From positions 226,180 to 290,179 of the IMG/VR virus record IMGVR_UViG_3300008261_000001: a stretch of DNA of 64,000 bases; one strand, written 5' to 3'. Below are positions 63,995 to 64,000 of the stretch, piece after piece. The position numbers and the translations under genes were made by a program. Every line of letters begins with the position of its first letter. Positions within the stretch are counted from its first letter, which is position 1. The notes under the pieces are model-generated. The model was not told the DNA's origin and searched no databases. It was given only the letters and a program-made list of their open reading frames with translations.

Positions 63995-64000
63995 GGCTTA

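Noticed and set aside
1-64000. Stop-codon reassignment
   Set aside because: Very long intact ORFs and tight gene packing under code 11; TAA, TAG and TGA all terminate recognisable genes.

Overview
This 64-kb window looks like part of a large (probably jumbo) contractile-tailed dsDNA phage genome read in the standard genetic code. About 12.7-40.6 kb is a baseplate/tail-fibre module: gp25-like and baseplate-J-like proteins, a giant repeat/LamG protein and two paralogous fibre proteins. The flanks hold accessory, lysis and transcription genes: a class III cyclase, GIY-YIG, C39 peptidase, GNAT, M15A endolysin, NUDIX, thermonuclease, AdoMetDC, two sigma-like proteins, a Toprim primase, two SLT-like enzymes, thymidine kinase, topoisomerase IB, HNH and two tRNAs. 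The most interesting signals are: (1) a five-gene candidate DNA-hypermodification operon (MTase, dCMP-type thymidylate-synthase homologue, asparagine-synthetase-like ligase, PLP fold-II enzyme, paralogous MTase); (2) a recurring architecture in which a TWR-N4-TTTATR promoter-like motif overlaps the 5' arm of a hairpin that buries the next gene's ribosome-binding site, seen at about 10 genes; (3) a ~310-nt pseudoknotted non-coding RNA between the two tRNAs; (4) genome-wide enrichment of TTATCCAAT-like words; (5) a second promoter class, ATCCCAAC-N14-ATTAG; (6) a shared RBS plus N-terminal leader on unrelated proteins. All calls come from reading motifs by eye. No database search was run, and counts are approximate.
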